Of a DNA stretch of 64,000 nt, positions 1 through 14,453 are shown in pieces. Position 1 is the stretch's first letter. Each line of letters opens with the position of its first letter. The DNA lies in NCBI RefSeq assembly GCF_009914755.1, contig NC_060931.1; one strand, 5' to 3'. Made by a program: the position numbers and the translations under genes. The DNA is from the human T2T-CHM13v2.0 reference genome, Homo sapiens. The notes under the pieces were generated by a model. That model saw only the letters and a program-made list of their open reading frames with translations. It was not told where the DNA came from and searched no databases.

Positions 1-23
1 CAAAATGTGGATAATATGACTGA

Positions 24-286
<263 letters not shown>

Positions 287-3200
287 AATTTTTTTTAACT
301 TCTATTTTCAGTTCAGGGGTACATGTGAAGGTTTGTTATATAGGTAAACTCATATCACAGGGGTTTATTTTTACAGATAATTTCATCACCCAGCTATTAA
401 GCCTGGTACTCAATAGTTACTTTTTCTGCTCCGCTCCCTCCTCCCACCCTCCACTCTCAAGAAGACCCCAGTGTCTGTTGTTCCCTTGTGTTCAGGAGTT
501 CTCATCATTTAGCTCCTACCTGTAAGTGAGAACACTAGGTATTTCGTTTTACTGTTCCTGCGTTAGTTTGCTAAGGATAATAGCCTCTATCTCCATCCAT
601 GTTCCCACAAAAGACATGATCTCATTCTTTTTTATAGCTGCACAGTATTCCACGGTATGTATGTACCACATTTTCTTTATCCAATCTGTCACTGATGGGC
701 ATTTAGGTTGATTCCATGTCTTTGCTAACATGAATCACGCTGCAATTGACATTTGCATACGTATATCTTTATGGTAGAATGATTTTTATTCCTCTAAGTA
801 TATACCCAGTAATCAGATTGCTGGGTCCAATAGTAGTTCTGCTGTTAGCCTTTGAGTAATCACCATACTGCTTTCCACAATGGTAGAACTAACTTACACT
901 CTCATCAACAGTGTATAAGTCTTCCCTTTTCTCTGCAACCTTGCCAGCAACTGTGGGTTTTTTTTTTTTTTTTTTTTTTTACTTTTAATAATAGCCATTC
1001 TGACTGGTATGAGATGGTATCTCATTGTAACCTCTATCTGCATTTCTCTAATCCTCAGTGATACTGAGTTTTTCACATGCTTGCTGGCCACATGTCTTCT
1101 TTTGTAAAGTATCTGTTCATGTCCTTTGCCCACTTTTTAATGGAGTTGTTTTTGTCTTATAAATTTAAGTACCTTGTAGATGCTGGATACTAGGCCTTTG
1201 TCAGATACATAGTTTGCAAATATTTTCTCCCAATTCTGTAGGTCGTTTGGTTTACTCTGTTAGTTTCTTTTGCTGTGCAGAAGCTCTTAAGTTTAATTCG
1301 ATCCCATTTGTCAATTTTTGCTTCTTTTGTGATTACTTTTGATGTCTTTGTTATGAAATATTTGCCCATTCCTATGACTAGGATGGTATTGCCTACGTTT
1401 TCTTTCAGAATTTTTATAAATTTTGGGTTTTACATTTAAGTCTTTAATGCATCTTGAGTTGATTTTTGTCTATGTTGTAAGGAAGGGTTCCAGTTTCAAT
1501 TTCTATATATGGCTAGCCAGTTATCCCAACACCATTTATTGAGTAGGGAGTCTTTTCCCCATTGCTTTTGTCAGCTTTGCTGAAGATCAGGTAGTCATAG
1601 GTGTGCAGCCTTATTTCTGGGTTCGCTATTCCATTCTATTGGTCTATGTGCCTGTTTTGGTAACAGTACCATACTGTTTTGGTTACTGTAGCCCTGTAGT
1701 ATAGTTTGAAGTTGGGTAACATGATATCTCCAGCTTTGTTCTTTTTGCTTAGGTGTACCTTGGCTACTCAGGCTTTTTTGGTTCCATATGAATTTTAAGA
1801 CAGTTTTTTCTAGTTCTGTGAAGAATATTGATAGTTTGATAGGAATAGCATTGAATCTGTACACTGCTTTGGGCAGTATGGTCATTTTAATGATATTGAT
1901 TCTTCCTATCCATGAGCATGTTTTTCCATTTCTTTGTAACTTCTGATTTCTTTGAGCAGTGTTTTGTAATTCTCATTGTAGACATCTTTAACTTCCCCTC
2001 CCTGGTTAGCTGTATTCCTAGGTATTTTATTCTTTCTGTGGCAATTGTGAATGGGATTGCCTTTCTGATTTGGCTCTTGACTTTGCTCTTGTTGGTGTAA
2101 AGAAATGCTAGAGATTTCTGTACATTGATTTTGTATCCTGAAAGTTTGCTGAAGTTGTTTATCAGTTGAAGGAGCTTTTGGGCTGAGACTATGGGGTTTT
2201 CTACAGAATCATGCCGTATGCAAACAGGGATAGCCTGACTTCCTCTCTTCCTATTTGGGATGCTCTCTTGCCTGATTGCTCTAGCTATGACTTCCAATAC
2301 CATGTTGGATAGGAGTGGTGAGAGAGGACATCCTTGTCCTGTGCCAGTTTTCAAGGGAAATGCTACCAGCTTTTGCCCATTCAGTATGATGTTGGCTATG
2401 GGTTTGTCATAGATGGCTATTATTTTGAGGTTTTCCTTCAATACCTAGTTTATTCAGAGTTTTTAACATGAAGGGGTATTGAGTTTTATCGAAAGCCTTT
2501 TCTGCATCTATTGAGATAAATGTGGTTTTTGTCTTTAATTCTGTTTATGTGATGAATCACATTTATTGAATTGCATATGTTGAGCCAACCTTGCCTCCCA
2601 GGGATGAAACCTACTTGACTGTGGTAGATTAGCTTTTTGACATGTTATTGGATTTGGTTTCCATGTATTTTGATGATTTTTGCATCAGCGTTCATCAAGG
2701 ATATTGGCCTGAAGTTTTCTTTTGTTCTTATGTCTCTGACAGGTTTTCAGTATCAGGATGATGCTGGCCTCATAGAATGAACTGGGGAAGAGTCCATCCT
2801 CCTCAATTTTTTGAAAGGGTTTCAGTAGGAATGGTACCAGCTTTTCTTTGTACGTCTGGTAGAATTCAGTTGTGAATCCATCAGATCCTGAGCTTTTTTC
2901 GGTTGGTAGGTTATATATTACTGATTCAATTTGGGAGCTTATTATTGGTCTGTTCAGGGAATCAATTTCTTCCTGGTTCAGCCTTGGGAGGCTGTTTGTG
3001 TCCAGGAATTTATCTGTCTCTTCTAGGTTTTCTAGTTTGTGTACTTAGAGGTGTTCTCAGTAGTTTCTGATGATTATTTTTATTTCTGTGAGGTCAGTGG
3101 TAACATCCCATTTGTCATTTCTAATTGTGTTTATTTGGATCTTCTCTCGTCTTCTTAGTCTAGCATGGGTTCCTGGAGTTGTACATTTACTCACCACTTC

Positions 3201-3425
3201 CCTGGGTGGTGGAAGTTCCCCTGGCTCTGTGTCACTCCTAGGTGGGCTGTCATCCTGCCTTGCTTTTTGCCATTCTCCATGGGTTAAGTTGTTTCCTGGA
3301 TTAGTCCCAATGTGAACATCTGGATGATTCAGTTGAAGGCGCTGCATTTACTCGCCCCTTCCCTGTGAGAGTGGCACTTACGCTTCCCTGTGAGAGTGGC
3401 TCACATTAGCTGCTTCTAATCAGCC
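287..3425 (-). mobile_element. Older primate L1 (L1PA/L1PB-type): 3'UTR plus degenerate ORF2, fused directly to a short 5'UTR piece
   Basis: ORF2 peptide fragments in the ORF track ([17 protein letters not shown]..., [31 protein letters not shown]). Confidence 0.92.
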
Positions 3426-3429
3426 CTGG

Positions 3430-3850
3430 ATTTTTTTCTTTCATTTTAATTAATGTAAATTCAAATAGCCACATGTGGCTATTGGCTACCATACTGGACA
3501 ACACAGCTCTAGAGCACTGGTTCTTAACCCTGACAGCACATTAAACTTACTTGGGATCACAGATGCCCAGGTTCCACATCAGAAGAATTAAGTCAGAATC
3601 TCTGGGGGGTGAGACTCAGGCATTTGTATTTTTTAAAGCTCACTAAATGATTCTAACGTGAACCCAGATTGAGAACCACTTTTGAAATCAGCAGATTTGG
3701 ATGTGAGTCCTGCTTTTGGCTTACTAAGTCTATTGCCTCAGGCAAGTTAATTAAATTATCTAAGCCTCAGTTTCCTCATCTGTAAATAAAGAAAATATAG
3801 AACTTATTTCATAGGGTTCTTGTGAGATAATTAAATAAGATACTGTGTAT
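3430..3850. mobile_element. MER3-like end, MER5A, then MIR fragments
   Basis: aaatagccacatgtggct...; ggttcttaaccctg...gagaaccact; ctcagtttcctcatctgtaaa. Confidence 0.7.
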
Positions 3851-5184
3851 AAAGAGATTATTATTGTTAGATTGTTAGTTGCAAAGAAGTTATATCTGGC
3901 TATAAAGGTTAGCTGGTGTTATTCCATAACAGTCTTGCTGCTATTTACAAGCTGGGGAAGCATGCTCTTAAGGGTGTATCCAGAGATGTTTAATGAAATT
4001 CATCAATGATGAAGATAATATCTCAACGTTGGCTAGCCTTGGGGAAACCATTTGGACAATGAAAACTACTGTGGACAAAGTTTTCCAAGGGAAATTATGT
4101 TATTGGAGCAATTATTAAAAGGCTCTATAAAGTGCTAAAACATAGGCCTAATCGGGAACTTGTGAAGAGCAACTCGTGCAGTTATATGAATAGGAAGGAG
4201 AATTTACACACTTCCCTACTCACTACCCTCCCAGTAGGTGGTGCACAAGAAAGAATTACAGCCACTGACTTAGAACACACAAGAGCACTACAGCTTCAGA
4301 GTTGACTATTAGGTAGGGAAATAGTAAGATATGCTTTCAATGCTTAGAAAGTCTGATTTATCCTTTTTATTAGAAAAATATATATAAACTCATGTTAAAT
4401 AATACACAAGTGGCCTGACAGCAGCAGTGGCAGCAGCACTTTTGCCCACCACCAATCTCATGAGCACGCCCATCCCTAGATTGTAACCTCTAGTTCCTTG
4501 GAAGACAGCCGTCTTTATTTCTTAGTGCTGGGAAATTCAGGACAAATGTTTTCAAGAATATAAAAAGTAATGGTGAAAGGACAAAATAGCTTCTGATGAC
4601 CAAAATGTGATAGCAAAATGTCAAATATTATTATATCATCATCATTAATGTAAATAGTTGAAGTAAGTTTGTATAAGGGCCTAAGTCCATCAGCATTCCT
4701 TTCATGAACCACAGTTTCTGGCCTCCATGCCAGTGAAGAATTCAGCTTTCTGCTATAGAGGGAGTCACATTTAGATTATACTCTTTGCTTCCTTCTCCTA
4801 TCCTATTTTGCTGGAATAGATTTTGTTTAACAACAAAGGTAAAAAAACACTTTTGAAGAGTAATATAGGAAACACATGAACAATTTCTTAGTCAAAAAAC
4901 AAAAGGTTGCTTCTCTGGCTTGTTTCATCTTAAATCTGGAAGCATCTCATTTGAAACACGTTTTTTTATTTTTTCAAAGCTGATTGTGAAGAGTGAAGCT
5001 TATTTTCTACCCTTCCACACACTGCCGAGAAGGGGAAAAACAGATTCTTCCACAATTTATGTCAGATAAACCTAACATTTTATTAAATATGTCATAACTA
5101 GCCCCATTTATAACTTACAGCTAGTAATGGTCACGAGAAATTCCTGTGGAAATAGAAAAAGGAATAAAAAGCCACACTGGATTA

Positions 5185-5715
<531 letters not shown>

Positions 5716-6432
5716 TTAAAATATTCCCTAAATCCTATTTCCCTTTCCAGCTGCTGCCTCTGTCATGTCTACACATGCTGCTATGACTTTTCTCAATTCC
5801 CATATGCCACTTAACCCAGCATAGTCAAGATTTCACCTCAATTCCACAACACAAACAGCTCATAGTAATCTTCATGCTACTAGACACAGTGGACTCCACC
5901 TCTCACTACCTAATTCAGTCATTTCTTTGTGAAACTACCCTGTGCCTTCAGCTACTACAATACCATACTTGTTTTGGTTTTCCCTTTCTCTCTCTCCAGA
6001 CATTCTTTTTTCCTTTTCGTTTGGATGTTCCACCTAACCTTTATATATTTATGTCCCCAGATCTTATTCATAAGTGTCCTCCCTCCTGACCAAATACCCC
6101 CTCCTATGCCTTCAAATGCCAGCTATAGTCTAAAAACTTCCAGATTTATTCATTGCCAGTCTTGACCCCTCTTCTAAGCTCCAGATCTTTTAGTCAACAT
6201 GTCTAAAACAAAACTCACAATCTTCCTAAGCTCCACCAAAACCCCTATAACCTCAGTAAACGACACTACTGTTCACTCATTTGCTGATGCCAGAAACCTG
6301 AGAACCATTCCTCTAATTTATAGCAAATTATCTTAATTTCATCTCCAAAATGCATCCCAAACCCATCTAGTTCCTTCCACCTGTACTGCCCATCCTAGTT
6401 CACCCTTATTTCAAACACAGGACTAGACTTAA

Positions 6433-6819
<387 letters not shown>

Positions 6820-9124
6820 TGATCTTTTGAAAATATGTATCTAATCATGTTACTGCCTGCACAGACGCTTCAGTGAAGGAGTATCAGTGAATCCTAAAAC
6901 TGACAGGTGAAAAGCTGAGAATAGAATAGTCACATGGTAACAAAGTACCATCCTATAAATTACTAATTCAGAGGTTAAAATGTGCCCTCATAAGGGAGAC
7001 ATACAGTAGTTACCACTTAACCAAATGACCAGACTTAGCATCACTAACAGTAGGATATTCTGACATTATAGGCCTCCTGATCTGATACAAATGAAGTTCA
7101 CAACATCACCTGTGAAGTACTCTCACTAAAAATGCTTAACTTATGTCTAACTGTGCCTTTACTCAGTTGTGTGTAGCTTCCAATTTACAAATAATGTATA
7201 AAGGAAAAAGTTAAATGCCTATGTAAGTAAACAATTGGATAAATCCAGAACGTGGATCATTCTACAAGACAAATGGCCTGGACTTTTCAATATGTCAATG
7301 AAAAGAAAAGAAAGGCAGGGAGTAGGACATGAGAATTGTTGCACATGTTAATGCAAGACTATGAAGATTTAAACGGCCAAATGTAATGTATGAATCTTGA
7401 TGGAATCCTGACTTTAAAAGTTATATACATACATATTTATTTATATATACACACATGACGTTTTTCAAGAAATTATGAAAATTTGAATAGAAAATAAAGT
7501 TTATTGATTAATGTGATTAATTTATTTCAGTAATAAGGGAACAGATTATGTAGAAGAGTGTCCTTAATCAAAGGAGGTGTGTACTGAATTATCTACTGGT
7601 TAGGTGTTATGATGTCTGCAACCTATTTTTGAATGGACTTGGTCAAAAAATAAAATGATACATATATATATAGTGAGAATGATAAAGCAAATACTGTAAA
7701 TGATATGATTGTATAAGTAAAAGGTAAACGGATGTTCATTACATTTTTGAACTTTACAGCGAGCTTGCGCATTCTCAAAATAAATTGTATAGTAACAAAA
7801 AATACCCTTCAATGACTTCTCATCACTCTTAGGATAAAGTCTAAAATCCTCCCATGATCCACAAGGTCCCACATAGCCTGGCCCCTGCCTGCCTCTCCAG
7901 CTTTCTCTCTCTCACTCACTCTACTTCAGTGACATGGTCTTAGTTCATACATATCCTTCAAGTCTCTACTGAAATACCACGTCCTTGAGCTCCCTAGGAC
8001 TGGTGTATGAAGGGATGAGTACAGCTGAGGGATACCTGGGATGGACAGGAAAAAGAGGAATGGATTATGCAGGAGTGAAGTGGGAAAGGGGGCCATTTTC
8101 AGGACTAAGAATGGAATGGGATGGAATATCTTGGAGGGAGGCAGAAATGAGGATGGACTGGCTGAACTAGAACATGGTTGAAGACACTAATATCTTCTAT
8201 TAAACCTCCATAAGTTTTCATGAATTCCTATAATGCTCATTCATAATATGATTCTATTTAAATACTAAGTGTGCACTTATGTAATGTCTAAAATCTGTGC
8301 CAAATAGTAACCTTTACGCTAATAAAGATTAGGGCAGTTTTACTTATCATATCCCCAACACCTAGCAAACAGTAAGTCCTCAGTAAATGTTGGCCTAATG
8401 GGTGAATATCCCACAATAATTTGGCTTTAAAGGAATACAATTTTAGTCCAAATGCTACTTAACTCAAGTAGTAAATGTCCATTAAAGTTGGGATATTAAA
8501 AATGGCTATTACATGCAGTTATCAGAGCTGATTATTTAGATGATTATTAAGGTTAATGAGCAGTTTTTCACCAGATTTATTGAATGTAATCATATTCAAC
8601 TTCTCTCATCTTTAGGTATTTTTCTTTACCCTCTGCATTTTTTCTATCTATGAAAACTGGTATTAAGGAACAAAATATTTCACATTAATAACTTTATGTC
8701 AAGCTCTGATTGTTACATTGGTAGGCTGCAGCATGGCTCTTAAAGCCAGGTACGTAAGTTTAGAACCAAACACATCAGTAAGCCTGACACAGAAAGCACA
8801 GCCATCGCTGTTAGTCATTTGTTAAAAGATGAAGCAGGTGAGAAAATGTAGATTGGTTAAATACAATCCATTTTCTCTGTTAGAACCATACAAATAATAA
8901 CTACTAGAAGAATAACTCTGCTGTTAAGAATAACTGTGGCTTCCTCAATACAGACAGTGTATATTTAAAATTAATGAAGATTTGATACATGACAATCCAT
9001 ATGATCACCGACATAAAAATGTAGCTCTGTTCTATTTTCAGACTCCATATAGCTAAACAATGAGTAAATTTTGTCTAGAACTCAAATACGGTTGAATAAA
9101 TTGATAAATACAACCCTAGTTTAC

Positions 9125-9210
9125 CTGTATGGTTGGTAAAAACACACAGAGTCAGGTGTTTGGAAAATTTATCTCGGTATTGATGATAATCACATCCAAA
9201 GTTGACAAGT
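9125..9210 (-). CDS. GSAP: GSAP exon 12: (K)LVNFGCDYHQYRDKFSKHLTLCVFTNHT(G)
   Basis: cttag|ACT...CAG|gtaaac; 86 nt. Confidence 0.95.
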
Positions 9211-10112
9211 CTAAGAACATAAAGAATGAGAAATTATTGAATGCATTTAAAAATACATCCCTTCATAAAGGATGTGAGTAACCACTAAATAATATACCCA
9301 CAGAAGTAGAAACACATTCCTGAGAAATTTAAGTAGATAACTTTTTTTGGTTAATAAATTCTGTAGTTTTTTCAAAATACATGGTATATAAATGGCATCA
9401 GCCTGATAACAAGGAAAAAATATTACTTTCATCTTACATTTTTATAACTTTTCTGATATAGAGTAATGCACACACTAGTTTCAAAGTAAGCACAGCTAAA
9501 TGTTCATATATGATGAAATAAAGCTAGTGAAATACTTAACGGTTCAGGATTATCATTACTCTAATTTAGGAAGATTTTCATGTCTTCTACATATTGATGG
9601 CCTTATGCTTATTTTTTCAGAAGCATCTCATGTTCCCGCTACATGTAAAATAGAGTGGGAAAAGGAAAAAAACCTTGTCTTTTGTGTAAAAAGGAAAACA
9701 GAAAAAAAAAAAAACCAATTAATTCAGCTGAGCTACAAGTGGATTGACCTGTGACATCCTCTTTGATGTCAACAAAAAGGGTTTTGATGTTTGATTGTCA
9801 ATGTAGCTCTCTGAACCATCGAATCCCTCTATTTAATCGCAGGGAGAAGGGTATATCCTTATACCAAAATAAATGGAGATGCACTACAGAAATAAATGGC
9901 TAAGAAAATCATACAATTGACCTTATATGTAAAATCCTGGGTTCATGTTTGATAAAGTTGTTTATATTTGCTATGGAGAATGGGAATACAAAAAAAGATG
10001 CACACAGAATATCAAACTCTCTTTTTATCTGCATAATATAATGTACGAATAAATATAATCATTTTGCCCACAAGTATCTATAAAAATTAGTAACAACCTA
10101 TGAATAACTTAC

Positions 10113-10156
10113 TTAAATCCTGAGTTGCTTAATGATATGTCCAAGGGTACTTCAAA
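10113..10156 (-). CDS. GSAP: GSAP exon 11: FEVPLDISLSNSGF(K)
   Basis: gacag|TTT...(TT)TAA|gtaagt; 44 nt; the Lys codon is split AA|A. Confidence 0.95.
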
Positions 10157-10586
10157 CTGTCAAAAAAATCAAAGAAAATGAACCCAAAATGACAGAAAGT
10201 GATGACAGTTCTGAAAACCAGAGCAAGCCCAAGTAAACCAGAAAAATATTATGTTTGCCTAATAATGATATTTAACCATCATTGTCTTCAGAGGTTATTA
10301 TACTCCAAATCCATTGCATAGAAAGTCCATTGAAAATACTCTGGAATTTACATATAATCATGAGCTTGATGTTTGTTTATTTCTTAAAGGGCTAATGCTT
10401 GACAAACTTTGTCTTAGATTTGAATATCAAAAACAGGTTGTACAATAGGCCAATTGGAAGCAACCATCTTTTACAAGACATAGATGACTGAGTAAGGAAG
10501 GAAGGAAGGCCTGGGTGTCTTTAGAAGGAGAGCAGAGGGCAGGAGGGGTAAGTGCAATTCTTGCAATGGCATAACAATCTGTATTA

Positions 10587-10964
<378 letters not shown>

Positions 10965-11230
10965 TCACCACAATTCTAATTTTTTTTAATCTTTTTTTAA
11001 AAAATTCAAGTTCTTAAATTGAAATTTTCCTATTTTTAGAAGTTTTTTTCCACTGATAGAACACAATGCTAACATTCCAAATAGCTTTTTCAGGGGTAAC
11101 GCTAGATTTTGGTTAAACTATACCCTCTCATTGACTTGTCTCTTTATTCTCAAATCCACCATCCTCACAAGTCCTTTTGGGTCAAATAACTTATAACCCC
11201 TTAAAGCTATCTCTTACAGACCCCATCAAT

Positions 11231-11314
11231 TATTAGGTTGGTGCAAAAGTAACTGCAGTTCTTGCCATTACTTTTAAATGATTAGAAACTGCAATTACTT
11301 TTGCACCAACCTGA
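11231..11314. mobile_element. MADE1 (Hsmar1-derived MITE)
   Basis: TIRs ttaggttggtgcaaaagtaa ... ttacttttgcaccaacct; ~80 bp. Confidence 0.9.
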
Positions 11315-11547
11315 CACCTTCTACTAATCCCCACTTACACATTTTTCTTTGATGTGAAGCATTCAGTTACTGGACATTTCTGGTGTGTGTTCTTCTAATG
11401 ACCTACATTAACTGGATTTGTTATAGAGTGGAAGCCTGGAGGTGGCAAGAACTAATTTTACTTGCTCATACGAGTAACTAACACAACCATCAGGAATGCT
11501 AAAGCGCTGCTTATGATAACAATTCTCTTAAAAGAGAGTAATCTATA

Positions 11548-11850
11548 GGCTGGGCGCAGTGGCTCATGCCTGTAATCCCAGCCCTTTGGGAGGCCGAGGC
11601 AGGTGGATCACGAGGTAAGGAGATCAAGACCATCCTGGCTAATACAGTGAAGCCCTGTCTCTACAAAAAATACAAAAAAAATTATCTGGTCGTGGTGGCG
11701 GGTGCCTGTAGTCCTAGCTACTCAGGAGGCTGAGGCAGGAGAATGGCGTGAACCCAGGAGGCAGAGCTTGCAGTGAGCCGAGATCGCGCCACTGCACCCA
11801 GCGTGTGCGACAGAGTGAGACTCCATCTCAAAAAAAAAAAAAAAAAAAAG
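11548..11850 (+). mobile_element. Alu (Sc/Y-like) with TSD aaaagagagtaat
   Basis: Full dimer with TSD. Confidence 0.95.
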
Positions 11851-11901
11851 AGAGTAATGTATCATAAACTTTCCTGTAGTGTGATCATTTTCTGGACTTA
11901 C

Positions 11902-11961
11902 CATTAAGTTATAGCTCTCATCAGCATAAAACTGGATACATTTTAAGATACTCCTTGATTT
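11902..11961 (-). CDS. GSAP: GSAP exon 10: KSRSILKCIQFYADESYNLM
   Basis: ttttag|AAA...ATG|gtaagt; 60 nt. Confidence 0.96.
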
Positions 11962-12125
11962 CTAAAAGAGAAAACAGAATGGCATATTAAAAAACCAGGA
12001 AAAAAAGAAAAGGAAGCAGTCAAGAAGCAAAACTTCACTATTTCCATCAATGAAAATGTAATGATTAGTGAACTGCAGTAATAATAATGTCAAAATCAAA
12101 TTGTTCTTATAAAAAAGAGTGCTGG

Positions 12126-12314
12126 GGCCAAGCACTATGGCTCATGCCTGTAATCCATGTTTTAGGAGCCTGAGGCAGGTGCATCACTTGAGCCCAGGAG
12201 TTCAAGGCTGCAGTGAGCTATGATCACACCACTGCACTCCAGCCTCAGCAAGAGAGCAAGACCCTGTCTCTAAAAAAATTAATATTTTTGTAAAAAAAAA
12301 AAAAAAAAAAAAAA
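12126..12314 (+). mobile_element. Alu monomer (FAM/FRAM-like) with long A tail
   Basis: Single arm; TSD-like aaa(a/g)gagtgc. Confidence 0.85.
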
Positions 12315-12341
12315 GGAGTGCCCGTGAACTAGTTTTTTTAC

Positions 12342-12446
12342 CTTCAGGTCAATGTAATATAATCTCTGTTCTGACATATCCCACTGAGCCCAAACGAAAT
12401 CCTCAGCTATTCTGTCTCTTGGGAGATGGCCAGAATTTTTAATCAC
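12342..12446 (-). CDS. GSAP: GSAP exon 9: VIKNSGHLPRDRIAEDFVWAQWDMSEQRLYYIDLK
   Basis: ttttag|GTG...AAG|gtaaaa; 105 nt. Confidence 0.96.
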
Positions 12447-13207
12447 CTAAAAATGCAAAAAAAAAAAAAAAAAAAAGTATGAATAACTTTTAAAGGAGAA
12501 CATATCTGGAATTCATAATTATTTTCCATGTCTATCTTTATGATACATGTAAATATTTCCACAGTTCACTGTTAGAAGCTCCCCACCCCTAGTATACACA
12601 GTCTTTCCAGAAATGTTTTAAGACATAATTTCATTGCCTCCTCTTCTTCCCACGTATAATATATGATTTTATTCCTGCTCTTAGTTTAGCAGACAGGCTG
12701 AGGCTGTTGAAGACAACACCACACCTCCCACAAATCAATAGCTGCATTAATAGAAGATTCGGAACTTACTGTTCTGTACCTAACTCTCTTAAGTCAAGCC
12801 TCTGCAGACAAGAGCCCTCCACTACCAAAGACAGAGGCTGTGATGCCAAGGAAAAACTCAGGCCTGACAGTGGAAAGTAGTAGGCAATGACCCCAATTTG
12901 GCCATAAACCAACCATGCAGCTTTGGGCATGCCTCTCACCTTTATGTCTTCCATGATGAGTATGATGATATTGCCCATCTCTCAGCAATACTTAACTACT
13001 CATTCTTCAAGACCTGACTTACACATTGTGTTCTACACAAAGCCTTCCCTCACATCCCCAAGATGTAGTATAATCCTCACCTGTTTTCCAATGGTGCATT
13101 GGCATGCTGCTTTGACAATTACATTTTAATTAATGCTATAAGCCTCCCCCAGTGAGTACGCACTCTTCTACAACACGTTTCTATTACCAATGCATTGACT
13201 GTTTCTA

Positions 13208-13585
<378 letters not shown>

Positions 13586-14363
13586 AAGGCAGAAAATGAA
13601 ATAAGGTGTGCAAGAGTAAATTTGAAATATTTGTTTACTAAGTAACAAAGTCAGAACTATGGAACATTAAAATCAGGAGATTCTAGAAACCATGCAATTC
13701 AACCCCTTAACAGGTAAGAAAACTGAGGTCCTGAGCAGTTAGATTAGGCTGCATAGTTAGTTCTGCAAGGTCTGGAATCCACGTCCTGGAATCCTCCCAG
13801 TGCCCTTTCAGTGCATCAGCTGACCTCGAAATAATTTAACAGAAGCAGTTAAGAATTAACTTTCCTCAAAATGCTTATTAAGCAAAAGTAATCTACATTG
13901 AGGTAGATGAGTAAAGAATAAGGACAGGTTAGGGTAGAAGAAATGAGGAAAAAAGGAAACACCAGAATGGTCCATATTCATGCCTAAACCCTCCCTAATC
14001 CTAATAGGGATTTCTCCACCGATGGTAACTTGCAACTTGAGGGGGGCCATGTGGCATAAAGAGTTGTAAACCACTATTTCCGCTTACCCTGTCCATTATA
14101 TTTAGACAAGAGGAAAGTGATGCCAGAGAAAAGATCCAAGAGGACCTGTCTGTCTCTAAACCTTGGACAATCATTTTTCTGAAATTTGTTGAGTTGGAGT
14201 AGATCTGAGAACCGTTCCAGGTAAAGGTATGTACTAACAAGAAAATGAATGTCAGATTGTGGCATACCCAGGTTCAAATCTCAGTTTTGTTCCTCTCTAG
14301 ATCGAGTCACCTCACCTCTGTGAGTCTTGGTTGCTGTCTTCTCTGTAAAAATAGGGATAAGCC

Positions 14364-14453
14364 TAATACCATCTCTATCATGCAGGGATGTTGCAAAGAA
14401 TATGTGGAATTGCATATTCTTTGCAACATCCCTGCATGATAGAGATGGTATTA
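14364..14453. repeat. Perfect inverted repeat: 41-bp arms, 8-nt spacer
   Basis: 14364-14404 is the exact reverse complement of 14413-14453. Confidence 0.97.

Noticed and set aside
549-2441. Reverse-transcriptase-like ORF fragments
   Set aside because: Frameshifted remnants of an old L1 ORF2.
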